Source of the DNA: Klebsormidium nitens
Taxonomy: Eukaryota; Plantae; Klebsormidiophyceae
Direction: 5' to 3'
Length of the DNA stretch: 64,000 nt
NCBI GenBank assembly: GCA_000708835.1
Contig: DF237432.1
Span: forward strand, 1-64,000
Below, piece by piece: positions 35,200 through 48,140 of the stretch; the stretch's first letter is position 1; each line of letters opens with the position of its first letter. A program made the translations under genes and the position numbers. The notes beneath the pieces were generated by a model. That model saw nothing but the letters and a program-made list of their open reading frames with translations, ran no database searches and had not been told where the DNA came from.

Positions 35200-36824
35200 T
35201 CAATCTTGTATGTAGTCCTGCCCTGAGAGTAGTGCAAACTCTGCTTTCTGAAACTCCCGTCCTAGGTAGTTAGCATGGTCGAGCATAGTCAAAGGTCTTT
35301 TGTTTGATTCCGGCTCTTCAATGATCTTGACACTCAACTCTTTTGCCGTCCGTCCGCTGCAGAGAGTTTGGAATTGAGATTCAATCAGAGTCACACTTGG
35401 TGCAAACGTGTTTATGAACACGTCGTTTAGAGGCTTCCGACTTGGAAAACCATGACCTTGAATTATCCTTGCCATTCCTTTGCCCGTTTGCTTCATGAGA
35501 GATGCACAGACGTCACTTAGCTGTATGCAAATGGAACACTTAGCTGTATGCAAATGGAAAACAAATCGAAGCCTGTTTCAAAAGTGACGTTGAAATCGTG
35601 ACAAGCATAGAACACGAGTGCCATGCCATAAATGAATCTGCCAGAAGTGATTTTTGTTCATACTTCTGTAAAACGATCTAGAGCAGCAAGCTGCAGCTTC
35701 GCATGTTTATTCTACAACCCCCTTTTCTGTGTACGTCAACTCAATATGTTCTAGAGACAAAGGAGGAGAGTGTGAAAGACACGTTCCTTGATCCAAGCTC
35801 ACCGGTATATCCGATGGGCTTGTGGTCGATAGCTTCCGTCGCAAGGTATGACTTCCCCCGTCTCAGGATCGCACGCTAGGCCCCGTTCATTTATTGTATT
35901 TCGAAAGTGAGTGGCGACAATCTCATTTGTGGTTCGGTCGACCCGGATCAGAAAGTAGCCCGCTGGGTCGAGGTCGATGTGTCGGTCCGAGAGGTGGTGG
36001 TCAATCTTCTGGATCATTTCTGCAGGGCGGGACATCAACTCAGTGAAATTGTCCCCACGCCAGAAGTGGGTGCTCATCGTTTGACTTACAATCTTCTGAG
36101 GGTCGTGAAATGCTCAACTATCTGATGAAAGCATCACCCATGTTACAGCTTACCAGACGTAAAAAGTATGACGGAAAAAGTATTACATCGTTTGGCATAG
36201 CTATTGTTTGGGAGACCCCGCATCGGGCTGGTTATTGACTGACGCCTCCACCAGAACAGCTGCCAGACTGCATATTGAAAGACGTACTTTCCTTCCCCCC
36301 AGCACTCTCAACTATCCGCAGCAAGCATTCAATCCAAACTTTCAGAAGGTTGTCAGCATTCTTTTGGCGAGCTTCTTTTCAAAAGGGGTAGATATGCAGA
36401 GGGCTCAGCGAAGAAGGGCCCAGAATTTACCTTCACGTTGACTTTCCAGAGGACCGCTTTCCTGCAAGCTGATCGTAGCTTTGAGCATCGGCCTTTTAAG
36501 CTGGTGGCGCCTTCCGTCACTTGAAACAGTGGCTTCTAATGGGCGAATAGCTCGTCCCTGCTTTATACATAACATCTGATTGCGAATGTTGCTAAACACT
36601 GGAAGACAGAACAACGCCGCACTTTCTGTTGTTCTTCCATTAGGAGACTGGCCCCATCTTGCCCGCAGAGAAGTGCTCTTTCTAGAGAAGAGTGAAGTTG
36701 GCCTGGGTGGCAAAGAACTGATTCGATCCAGAACCCCAAAACCACCTCTTGTACAATGCGAATGACTTGTGAAACCAACAAACGGGCTTTGCGTTGACGG
36801 CAACGCTGCAGTAAGCACAACCAT
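35200..36824 (-). CDS. Plastid-targeted DUF4346 domain protein of cyanobacterial type
   Basis: Exons 36824-36431 (Ser/Arg-rich transit-like; internal structure uncertain), 36019-35803 and 35356-35200. The mature part IDHHLSDRHIDLDPAGYFLI..NTINERGLACDPETGEVIPC..GRTAKELSVKI..LDHANYLGREFQKAEFALLSGQDYIQD matches the standalone cyanobacterial DUF4346 proteins I recall. Confidence 0.85.
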
Positions 36825-37285
36825 ATTCCAACGTTTTCTAGCGCTTGGTAGTCTCAAGCTATCAACAAGTCAAAGGATGTGATCAGGATGTGCTCAGGCT
36901 CATAATAGTATAGGCTACCTGTGTAGTACCTTTGGGAGGCCTGACGTCATCATTCAAAGCCAAGCGAAAAGTGGATAGCACATCCAGGGCGCAAGCATGT
37001 GCGCGTTGCCCATCCGACGGTCAGCGCGGCTTCGCAAAGCTTATGACGTCAGGTGCAGTGGAATATCTTGCAGGACCCTACGTACATTGCATGGATTTGT
37101 CAGCCTTTTGCTAATATTGATATTCTGACTTCTCTCCTCCTGAACTTGAAGACGACGCCCACCTCCTTTCAAGTTTTAACCGTATCAACAGGGCGCTACG
37201 TAGGTAGGTATTCCATTGGCGAAGTGCGTCACAACCCTGTTGCACTGAGCACCCTAAATTACAGTTTTCTTCTTCTCTCGCCACC
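36825..37285. promoter_or_regulatory. Compact (460 bp) divergent promoter between the DUF4346 gene and LIR1, with ACGT-core elements
   Basis: TGACGTCA at 36942 and 37044; TACGTA at 37079 and 37197. Function is inferred. Confidence 0.4.
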
Positions 37286-40200
37286 ATGCAGTCTGTGGCG
37301 ACATGCAGCGCCCTGAGCGCACCGGTGACCTCGTTCGCCGCATGCATTGAAAGCAGAATGTGTTTCTCCGGCAATCCCACAGTCTTTGCATGCCCAAGCT
37401 TGAGTGCGGGCAGAAGACAGAGAAGCCGGGTTGTGGTGCCAATGGCGAAGAAGGAGGAGGCGCCGCGGTTGTACCAGGGATACAACCCGAAAAAGTCGTA
37501 AGTGCGCTGGTCTCTATTGCCATACTTTTCACAAGCAGACTCGTTGGCTGGTGAATGTGTCATAGAAAGGTGATTGGTAGAGTTGTTGCATGCATTCTAG
37601 CACATTTGCAACCAACAAACTGAAGTATGCACTTTTGTGACTGCTTCTTTTGGTTCTGAGAAATTGGAACTCAACAGAGAAAAACTTATTCGATACTTGT
37701 CGCCAAGGGCTTCGGGCCTCAAGAAAGGTGAACATTATCAGCCGCATGAATCGGTGGCGCCAATGTGCGCCTCAAGTTGATCACAAGCATTCGAATTGAC
37801 ACATCTTCCGCAGTGTCTTCAATGTTCTGGTTCCGTATCGTATGTGTTGGATAGCTCAGTCTTACAGCCAGCAATGTGGGTCTTGTAGTGTTACTTACAT
37901 GCGGGTGCAAGGTCTTCGCAAAACCATTTGCACGCTGCCTTGTTTTTACCTTGACAATGTTCTTCCCTGGCAAAAGACGTTCCTGCAACCTATTGGAGTT
38001 TTCTTGTATGGCTGTCCTACAACGGCCCGATTGTATGGCGCTTTGTTTTCAAGGCTATGTCAAGGCATGATTGGATGTTCACTTTTGTCTTCGAACAATA
38101 GCAGTCCTCTCAAAGCATCTATCAACAAATCAGAGCAGTGCCAGCTCTTCTCAACATTACACCATCGATCTACACTTGATAAATGCCAGCATTCCATATT
38201 TTGGCATTGTACTTGCTGTCCTCCTGACGCAAAGAGGCCCCCTGCTTTTGTGGATTTTGCCACCTGATTCTCATCAAGGTGCAATCAAAAGGCACCATTC
38301 GATTGTCGCTCCTGTCTGACTGGTGCCCTATCGATGTGTGTCTGACCAGATGTCTGCAATTGACACTTTCCTGGAGCGCTACGTGATCAGGGTTCAGATC
38401 GCTTGTCTCTGTCTCTCTGATTAACGTTGCTGAGCTATAAAATGGATAGAAATGTACGTATTAAATAGTGTTTTGGCATCAACGTCTCCTCGCAGCAGTT
38501 TTAGTTGAACAGTGTACTGCAAGGTCACACCCTCCCTGAACTCTTCTGAACTTCAGCAGGTGTTCCCTCAGCGTACATAATGTCACAGGTTTCGCTTTGA
38601 TCCGCATCTCATTTCCAAAGCAGTCAACTTCTATGTGGTCTCAACGCGCAACTCAATTTGAGGCAAGGAGGTGCGAATTAACTGTGCTAATAGGTTCAAG
38701 AGTGGTCAGAAGATTGAAGGTTTACATGGTGCAGGGTCTTGGCAATGCTGGAGCTTGACTGAACTTTCACAAGCTTACTGTGGGACACTTTCTGATGCTG
38801 AAAGCATTGAGAACATCAGTTGCAAAATACTGTTAAGAATGATCTGATTGGCATATCTACGTGAGCTTGATGTCATTACATTCAGACCACCCACCCCCAA
38901 ATGCATACTTCATCATACTTTCTGCTGAGTATAATGTGTGCGATGAAATCCAGACCCTTTCTTGATTCGTTTAAAGATTGCAGGGTCCCCTTGGCGGCAG
39001 GCAGTTTTGCTTTGCTGATGATCTTCATGCTTGATGAACTTCTTTGCCAGATAACGAACTTGGTACTTTCTGGAAAATGTACCGATTCCTCCTCCCATTT
39101 GACTAGAATCCTCCTTGCAGCATGTTCTCATGCGGAGCTGTGGGACGAGCAGGGCAGCGAGGCGGCATTTGAAAATTGACCTTTGCCGATAACACTGAAT
39201 CTGGCTTTTCTTTGCAGTATCTGCACAGAACGAGCTTATGCTATTATTCTCTCAACGACAAGTATTAAACAACTAGAATCCTCCTTGCAGCGTGTTCCCG
39301 GCGGAGGCTTGCGACGAGCAGGGCGGCGAGGCATGCGAGGCAGAGTTCGGAGAGGAGGTGAAGCCGCGGCCAACGGCGGCCAAGGAGCAGAAGAAGGATG
39401 GCAAGGGGTTGAACCTGTTTGGCGGCAAGAAGCAACCCGACCGCGAGTACCAAGAGTACAAGGGAGACAAGACGTAGGTATCGGAGTTTAGTGCCTCTAT
39501 TCCTTTGATTGAGGAAAACGGATGAGGCGTTTATGGGCCTGGAGCCTTGTCTTCCTTTTTTCCGGACCAGGGGTCCTAAGTACAAAGGGACTCAAAGCGA
39601 CAGAGGATCCGCGCAAGATCACAAGGTTTTTCGGATCTGATGCTTGTCGGTTGTACAGGCATTTTAAGCAAGTGGAACTTTAAGTAAACGTGTCCACATA
39701 CAAGGCTTCAAACATGGGCGTACTTCGTGTGTAACTTTTACCACTTCGTTTATCTTCGCCAGCTTGGATCCCGATCGTATGGGGCTTAAAGTGGGCGTAG
39801 CGAGCGCGCTTGCAATGGCAATCGGACGGCTCAGATCACTGCAATACACGACGGCCAGTGCCGTCCTCAACGTTGATTTGGTCATAAAAGCGACGCCGGT
39901 GATGCTGTCCGTCAAAGCCCTCGGCCCACTTCAAGTTGCCGGTTTTGCGACTGAATAGGGTTGGTGTGGTTGAACGGCGTTCGTTGGAAGATTTTTGCGC
40001 GCTGCTTTCGCAATTGCGTTTATTGTAACCTTGTTAAGAGTCCCAAGTCGAGGAACACGCCGGCCCGGTTCCATTTGTCTACGCAGCAGCTAACAGTGCG
40101 CTGTTATTGATTATTGCAATCACCACAAACGGGTTATTTGTTGAACGGAGACGGGTGTTGTACCATTCGGATGAGCCGTTCCTTTTCGACACCGGGCTAC

Positions 40201-40536
40201 TCGGAATGTCAAGTCTCTACATGCGTTCAGAAACAATTGAGGGTTCCTTCATAAGGGCGGGAGAAAAGCTCTGCCCATTCAGCATAGATTGGGTCACTAT
40301 ATCTCAAAACCTTCACCGTTGAAAGTTATTCCATCTCGGCATCTGCTCTGCGAACCGTTCAGTTTTTTCCAGGCCAGATCGCAGCACCCGAAGATAAGGT
40401 AGAAACGACAGACGAGAAAGGAAATGGACGAGTCAATCTGTGCCCCGTGTGAAACGTCGGCTATGCTCCCTGCAGTGTCTTCCAAGATGAGGCGTGCGAC
40501 GACTTGGGCGGCGAGTTTTGCGAAGCAGAGAAGTAA
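37286..40536 (+). CDS. LIR1: Light-regulated protein LIR1 (Lir1 family, chloroplast)
   Basis: Exons 37286-37497 (transit peptide), 39291-39473 and 40476-40536, phase-consistent. Two repeats, VFPAEACDEQGGEACEAE and VFQDEACDDLGGEFCEAE, linked by DREYQEYKGDKT, give the Lir1 signature. Confidence 0.9.
39101..39345 (+). repeat. 170-bp-period duplication spanning the LIR1 exon-2 acceptor
   Basis: ACTAGAATCCTCCTTGCAG|C.TGTTC.C..CGGAG..TG.GACGAGCAGGGC.GCGAGGC with AG ending at 39120 (decoy, frameshifted, ends at TGA) and at 39290 (real). Confidence 0.9.
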
Positions 40537-42406
40537 ATGCGGAAAGTTCTGCCAACTAGAGTAAGGACCCGTCCCTTTTTGGGTTCCGTTTGTCTGTGAT
40601 GCGTCCTCGATATTCTCCCATCCCTTCAAGCAGAGTCCTCACTTTCACCCTTTCGTTTTCGGTTCTTGTCGTTATGTCCTCACCGCAACCCTCACACCAA
40701 GCATGACTTCCTGAGCAAGCACAAAGTGTCCAGCCTTACCGCACCTTCATTGTGAGATAGTGGAAGTTCACATGCACTGTGGACACGGGATCTGCTTTCC
40801 TGCTTTCTCAATCTCGGTGGGCCTCTGAAACATCTGAATCTGTCTTTCCTTCTGAAAGATCGAAAGAACAGAATCATTCCCTGACATCAATGACGTTACC
40901 TCTGACGACTGACGACTACCCTCTTTGCTGGTTTTTGCAGGTACAAAAATGCGACATAAGCATGCCGGCTGAGTTGGTCGCATGACATGCTCCCGTCTTG
41001 CTATCCGCTGATGGTCTTTGTGTTGAGATTTGTGTTTGGCTCGAGTACCCTAACAGTACTGTGTCGAGGCGAACAGACCGATTTTGCCTTTTCCACGCTC
41101 CTCATCGAAAATAATTGAACATGTGTCCCTAAATATTTGAATTGACGAAGCTTCTAGAGCTTTTTCACAAAAGGCTGGAATAGCGGCTTGCTACAGCATC
41201 CCCATGCGCAGATTGCGTATTCCCGACTTGCATATCAGAGGCAATTCCCCCCACCATGAGCCTGCATACCGGGCACTTCGAGCAAGATGGTGTACGAAGG
41301 GTTTGAATATGATGGCCGTTTTGAGTAAGAAACCAAGATTTTATTCTTAACGGTACTAGTATTTCCTACGCGTTTATGTAAAGCCGCATGTCAAGCTGCG
41401 AATTGCCGCTGACACAGAGATGATTGCTGGATCAACGTACATGCACTTATTTGCCCGGTAACATTTTTGGTTACGTAAACAGTGGCCGTGAGAACGGAAC
41501 CTTAGCATGTACATATGTATAGCACAGCATGCATGATGCAAAAGTTTCACAAATTTCATCGTTGACTTATTGCATGTGCCACATCACAAGTACCTGTGCA
41601 CTAGGCCTACTTGCAGCTAGGCGCGCATTCAACGAAGGGATATAGGATCGCTATGTTTAAGGAATTATCATTACAAGACGGTTTGAGCCAGGTAAGTTAA
41701 CATGCAGATTAATTTGGGTATATGATAATGAAAGTGATTTTGTCAAGGTTGCGCGTAGGCGGTACCATGACAAGGCGTAACTGCCGTCATGTAAAGGCCA
41801 GATATGGTAGTAAAGATTGCTCGTTGCATGATAAGCTAGGCTCCATCCATTCAAAATTCAAGGCGGATAAAAGAAATGGTATCAAACAAATGCACCGGGA
41901 CAGCAGGACGCCTCGTCGCAACGATCTGTCAACGGATTCTGATGGCTAGACAAAAGCATGCCACATGTGATCAAAAGCTTCACAGTCTGCACAACATCCA
42001 ATCAAAACGGCCTAACAGACTTAATGTACATTGCCATTACAACTTCACCCCTCCCCAACTCTCCTAGCGCAGTATGTTTGTACGGATCCTTAACCTCATA
42101 AAGGATCCAACCACCAGGCTTATCTATATAAAACAAGGAATCCACAGTCCGACTAGACTGAGACTCGACCTGCCCACCCGCGATTAAAACAGCTCTCGAA
42201 GAGCTGTGCAACTCAAAGAGCTGTTCACCATTCAGTTCCCCGTCCTAGATTCCTTACCCTGAAAGAAGTGTACCATTCTTGCACCGATGTTTCTTGTGCC
42301 AATCAGACAATTGCCGCGGGCTCCGCAAGAAGCGTCATATGGGGGAAGTACGTGAGCATCGTCTCTTCGGGCAGCGTCTCGCCGGAAGTAGGCTTCCAGC
42401 TCAACT

Positions 42407-45400
42407 TCAATTGCTGCAAACCAAGGAAGGGCAGGACATTGATAAAACGTCCTGCGCAATGGAACAGCCTCACAGGTGCGGATAGATCACCATTAAGGGT
42501 CTCTACAACCTAAACTGATGAAAAGTGGAAGATACCGGAAGCGGGGGAACAGGACCAGTCCCGAACCTAAAGAGAGAAGAGCTTGGCAGTAGAAGTTTCG
42601 CAAACTGGTCGTGAAGGGCACATTTTCTCGTCACGCTCGTGGGGAGCAACAAAGCCTGTTCGCAATTGTTCAGGTCGCCAGATTCTCCTACATTTGACAC
42701 CGTTACAGCCCGTCAGCATCCGAACGCCACGTGGGACGCCCTAACGGTCCAACACCCAGATCCTTATAAACTCTAACCCTGTATCGAACATGATTCACAC
42801 TTTGCTTAACGAGTGCAACAACACCTCCGCACAAGGAAAGTACGTTCACGAGGCGTCAGCCAGAATGTCCCTGATTTGTGTGCTGTGCTTACCTTTACAT
42901 TCGCGGGGTCGAGGACCTCCAGGGTCGCAAGAAGGTCGTGCAAGTTCAGCGAGTTGTTCACCTGCGGCAAAGACAGTCGTCCCCGCACTGCACCGGAGAG
43001 CGTCACCTGCACGCAAACACAGTGGTTTTTGGCCTTAGATTCGAAACAAGGTTGAAGCCCGATTAATTGTCCAATGATCCAAATAAACTGAGACTCAAGT
43101 CTGGTCATAGCCTGGTTAGCAACAAAACCCTCTGTGAGAGTCCGCTGGTTGAACAGCTTCAACTGGCGACCTGTGAGATCCTTTGTTTCAGAAACTTCTG
43201 AGAGTATACTTTCTCATCAAAGTTGAAAACGAAAGCCTCGTGCACCCCACTTCGGACAAATGCGAACGGGTAGACCCGAGACCTGATTCCCCGACTCTAT
43301 ATTACTAGGGCCATATGGTATGCGCGCGCTCGTGTCAAATCAGGCGCACCAGTCTAAACGTCGGGAGAGCAAGGAGAGCCGGCCCTGGAACGAGACGCTT
43401 GCAAGTACGACCGACTCTCCGGAAAAGCAGAAGGAAGTCCGCCCTTTGAAAAACTCCGGAAACTGAACGTCTCAGTGAACCCGGAAGCGCTGCTTTGGCG
43501 CAATAATGAGGCTACCAAATGACAGAATTGCAAAAAGTCTTTTTCGAGAAAGCCTTGCATCAACAGTTGACCAATTTTCTGGCACCTTACCACGGTGTAG
43601 CCTGCCTTGTAGCTGTCAATCAACATCCTCTTCTGCTCCTCAACTTTGCGCCCGTAGTCCTTGCCGACGTTCTGCAGCATCTCTTTCGTGGGCGCCAGCC
43701 GAATGTGCGATGCATCCGCCTGCAAGCCGGAGAGACCGTGTGATTGTGCCGCCTCTGGTTACCGCTCTACTCGGCCGGCTCGTTGCATTCATCGACGCTA
43801 GGTTTCACGAAACTTTGTTCTTTGCAACAAGAGTAAAATGACAGGACAAGTAGTCTTCATACTGACCAAGAACGCCGCTGATTTGTGCCTACGTTTACAT
43901 CAGTACTCTGCCAGACCCTTCTTGTGCTGCCATTGCAATGCTCCTGGACATAACCAGACCTCTTCTATAAGGACACAAAAGTGAATATCTGGAAGAGAAC
44001 ATGCGACTGACATGCCAGCGCGTGATAAATGCACCTCAACCGTGCACCTAGATGCGTTGCCACTCTTGCAATTCACGTTCAACGCACTGAGATAGAGCTC
44101 GTTGCATAAATTGAAAAGGGAGAGATACGAGGATGGAAACGAAGACGGAAACGGGGGTAAAAAAGGAGACGCTTTGGCCCTCACATGCTCCCAGTTGTTG
44201 ATGAAAGTCTGGTACGCAAACGGATGCTTGGAGGGCATGACTTGGTTGCCCGCATACACAATGTGCTCCAAGTGCCTCATCAGGACACGCGCGATCGCTG
44301 CACACGAACGCAAAGCGACTGTCAGTCTCTCCCGGCATACGAGTTGGCTGTCCTCGTCTCCCTTCACTTCACCGTCCTGATTGTGGAGCCACCATGCTCT
44401 CGCTCTTGACTCCTAAGTGAAATTGCACAACTCTTTGCTCTCTTCCCTCCCGACTGCTTGCCTCCTTCCTCTTGCTCAGATGCAACCCTGTTTTATAATC
44501 CCAGTCCTGCTTTTCCCCTTCGCAAGAAAGCACAGGGGTCATCAGTCAAAAAGGAGGAGCACTGTTGCTGTGACGTTATCCTTATGGACACACCAACAGA
44601 TCAGAGAATGCCAAGCACACGACCAAAACCCTGAGAGACCGGAAGATTCGCTCTGCTGAGAGTGACTGTCTCAACTCTCGCTAAGGAGCCAAAACACACC
44701 TGACTGCAAATGCCCAAAGGACCGTAAAACTTTGACTGCCAATGCTCAGATGACTATAATGGGCTTTGCAGAAAGGGCCCTCTCATGCCGTTTTTGACCA
44801 GTCCAACATTTTGCCCGCCTAACCAAAATCTTGACCCCTTGTGAATCTTGAAGGAATCTCTCTAAAGGCTTTTGCAAAAAGCAATTTCTTTAAGCTTCCT
44901 TTGCCGCTAACACACAGGAGACACGAAAGCTCGTGTGTAAGTGCCTTTCAAACACTGATTCCGTTCAGAATTGAGGATGCTGTCGCATTCCGCCTTTTCC
45001 GCAACCAAGAAGGACGCCATGGCCAAACCCTGTGATTTGTGGGCGAGATTTCTCGTTCGGTGCAAAATGTTGAACCGGATATGATTGGCATGAGACTCAC
45101 TCTTGAGAGTTTCAGGCCGCTGCACGTGGCCCCAATCGTCCAGCTGACTGCCAACTTCGTCCAAGTCGTAGCGGAGGGAGCAAGCGAAGCCCGAGATGCC
45201 AAGCTGCAGGAAAAGAAACAGAACTGATAAAGCGAAAGAACAAAATAGCAAAACGGAAGAGGGGGTGCAACTCCAACTACTTGGAGGCAAGTGAATTGCC
45301 GCTCCTGAAGCGCCGTGTTGAAAGGGGAACTGGATATGGATAAAATGATCAGGATTGTGTGATGTGACTGTTTGGAGGCTTGGAACAGCTGCAAGGGTGA

Positions 45401-48140
45401 ATCACATAGAAGGCTAGTGAGCAGATTTCAGAATTCTAAAAGACTTGTCAGTCTTCCACCTGGAGATGCAGACAATGACATGGGCTGCAACGGAGAAGGA
45501 TAAGAAGAATCCAGAAGCCTGGCGTTGTATGTACATAGACAGAGCCAGATATCAGAAGCTCGCTTATGACATGACTCGAAGTGAGTAGAGTGAGATGCTT
45601 GTTCTGGATTCGACACCTGAAAAGCAGTCTTGCTTGCACCTGTGCACATGGAATAAGACGAGGGGATAAGAGCATTCAAGGTGGCTTGCAAACAGAAAGG
45701 AATTCATTTCGGCGCACAACGTGTTAAAGAGTGCTGCTTGGACCAAGGGCACTCTAACAACAGCCTGAAACAGAACCAAGTGGTCCTACTGAGAATGTGA
45801 AACAGAAGAATACGATTTCTGTACTGGCAGAAGATTGCTTCAGCCGATTTGTAATGCGTCTGAAGTTGGAGCAGCAATGGGGCACTTTTGAATATTGTTA
45901 CAAAGGGGCACTTTCTGAGTCAACAAATAACACTGGGTTGCTCGAGACTGTTCGTAACAAGTAATTTCTTCAAAGTCTGTGATTTTTGGCTGAGACGCTC
46001 AAGATTCACAAGCGAGCGCATCGGTGCCAAACAAACGTTCTGTCAAGCTCATTCTATGCCCAAAATCACAGAAGCCTTTTCAAAAATAGGTCAATTGTGC
46101 CCCATTATCCTGCTTTACAAGCTCTTCCAGGGGCATAGGACATGAAGTGAATGATTCTCCAACCAAGTCACACATCGACCAACTGTAAGCACCAACTCCT
46201 CCGAAGCCCCACTTCTTTCTGATAGGCTCCGGAAACAGAAAGCCCCAACCATACCACGTTGGAGCAACAGCCCCCTGCCTTTCAGAGGATGCAAAAGCAG
46301 TCAACATGACACCATCTGTGACGCCATCTGGACAGTTCAGATCCACTTCATAAAAGCAGTCAAGTGCAGAGAAAGCCTTGCAAGCCTGAGAGCCGCTCTC
46401 ACATGCAGGTGGAAAGCAGTCATGCCCGTGGCCATCTTCGGCTCCTTTTGCACGAGCCTCGGGGTCTGCTGGCCGGCGTTTTTGAGGAGGTGAGTCATCG
46501 TGGCTAATACCATGCAGGCGATGATGGCTTGGGGGAACAATTCCATGGGGGAGACTGCAAGGCAACGAAACGGGGTTAGACACCCAATGAAACTTCTCAA
46601 CGTGCAAAAGCACCGCAGCACTTCTCTTTCAAAATGGTGCAGAAAGTCACATCAAAGCACCGTAAGTTGGCCCAGATGTGAAGTTTGGGACGCCCAAATG
46701 CGACTCTCCTAAGTGAACGAATGGATATTTGAAAAGAGACACAGCTTCTGATGTGACTTGGCAATAGAGCAGATGCATTGTGATGCTAAAGATTTCACCA
46801 TCTGGAGGCTATCCTCTCATCGCAAGCCAAATTTTTCCGACCTTTGCTCCCACTGCTTCCTTACCAAGTGCATATACCCTCCCTTTACTGGGCATAATCA
46901 TTCTTCTCAAAACCCACTGAGAGATCAAGAGAAGCTAGAAAGTGTGCAGGGAACTCAAGCAAGAATCAAGACACAGAGAAATGGAAGTGCACAGAAGGGG
47001 CACTTTGCCTGACCAGTAGAAGTCTTATGCAACACTCATGCTAATCTCAGAATAAAGCTGTCCTGTCAAGATGCGCAAATATAAGTTCTTGAATGAAAAC
47101 TTGTGACCGAACTTACGTTTGCAAGTGGACATGAGAACCACACCATCAAAATGCTGCCACACTTCACACCTCAACGACCTTCTTCAGAAAAGTTTCAACT
47201 GGAATGACTATGAAAGAACTGACCCAGGAATTTGCAACCAGAGATACATAGACCAGCTTGATAAAGTGTACGTACGAAGTCTTCAAGATGCTCAAAGGTA
47301 CGAGATGCTATCTGGCCATGCAAAAAGAACCGTCTGCAGACAAGGACGCTGAGAAGCCCAGGTCAAGCCAACAAATGGATCAGACAGACTCAGCAACAAA
47401 GAGGTCACAGAATGTCACCTACCATGTTCATTCAGAGGAGTGCCTCGCAGCGCAGCATTCCTGCCTCGGCGGGGCGCCGCGGCCTTGACGGCCCTCCTGT
47501 GGGGCGCCAGATCCCGCATCACGGGCGGCTTCGGTGGTCCCGGCATATGCATCAGCATGACAACAGTCAGGGCCAGGGCCCCGAGCATGCCCTGTGCGCG
47601 CTTCATCCAGTTCCAAATCTGGACAGGCCCGCCCTCCGCTACTAGTTCCTGCACCTCGAAACGCTCGTGGACCAGCTTCCCCAAGACTTGCTGTCCCTCG
47701 CGCTCGGCCATAAGGGCCTCGTCGCCCAGGAAGTCGTCCAGGTTCAGCGGCTGGTTGTACTGCGCCTTGACTTTCTGGAACGTCTGCTCTTTGAAGACGC
47801 CGGGGTCCAGGTCAATGCCGTCAAAAGGATCTGGCAGATTCGCGTCGTCCTGCGAAGAAGCAGAAACCCTGACAGTCCTCGTCCGCGTGCTTTTCTCGGG
47901 TACAACGACCTTCCACCCCAGTCTGTCACCTCTAAAGCTGCCGCTCAGCCCAGAATCTGACGGCGCCAGAGGCCACCTCTGGGCGCAGCGGATGGCGACA
48001 TTGTCAACACGCCTGGTTCTTGCCGGCTCGAAGGCCAGCTGCGACACCCAGGTGCTGCATCGACTAGAGTGACCGGAGGGGATGCCAAAAGAGCTGACCC
48101 ATGCCCCCACGGCGCTGGCCTTGAGAACCGCCGCAACCAT
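42407..48140 (-). CDS. Unidentified, probably plastid-targeted protein with one hydrophobic segment
   Basis: Exon 1 48140-~47419 (transit-peptide-like N-terminus, hydrophobic GMLGALALTVVMLMHM). Internal exons are only partly resolved (~47335-47255, ~46520-46190, ~45770). A phase-consistent 3' chain runs LGISGFACSLRYDLDEVGSQLDDWGHVQRPETLK / TIARVLMRHLEHIVYAGNQVMPSKHPFAYQTFINNWEH / ADASHIRLAPTKEMLQNVGKDYGRKVEEQKRMLIDSYKAGYTV / VTLSGAVRGRLSLPQVNNSLNLHDLLATLEVLDPANVK / DVLSMSCPSLVCSN*. I do not recognise the family. Confidence 0.6.

Noticed and set aside
35516-35562. 23-bp tandem duplication ACTTAGCTGTATGCAAATGGAA in a DUF4346 intron
   Set aside because: Real but contains no exon or splice-site sequence, so it is not counted as an echo; an ordinary local duplication.
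42232-42485. ORFs suggestive of a transposase or zinc-knuckle fragment (CFLCQSDNC)
   Set aside because: The Cys spacing is not CCHC, and the region is explained by the last exon and 3'UTR of the 42407-48140 gene.
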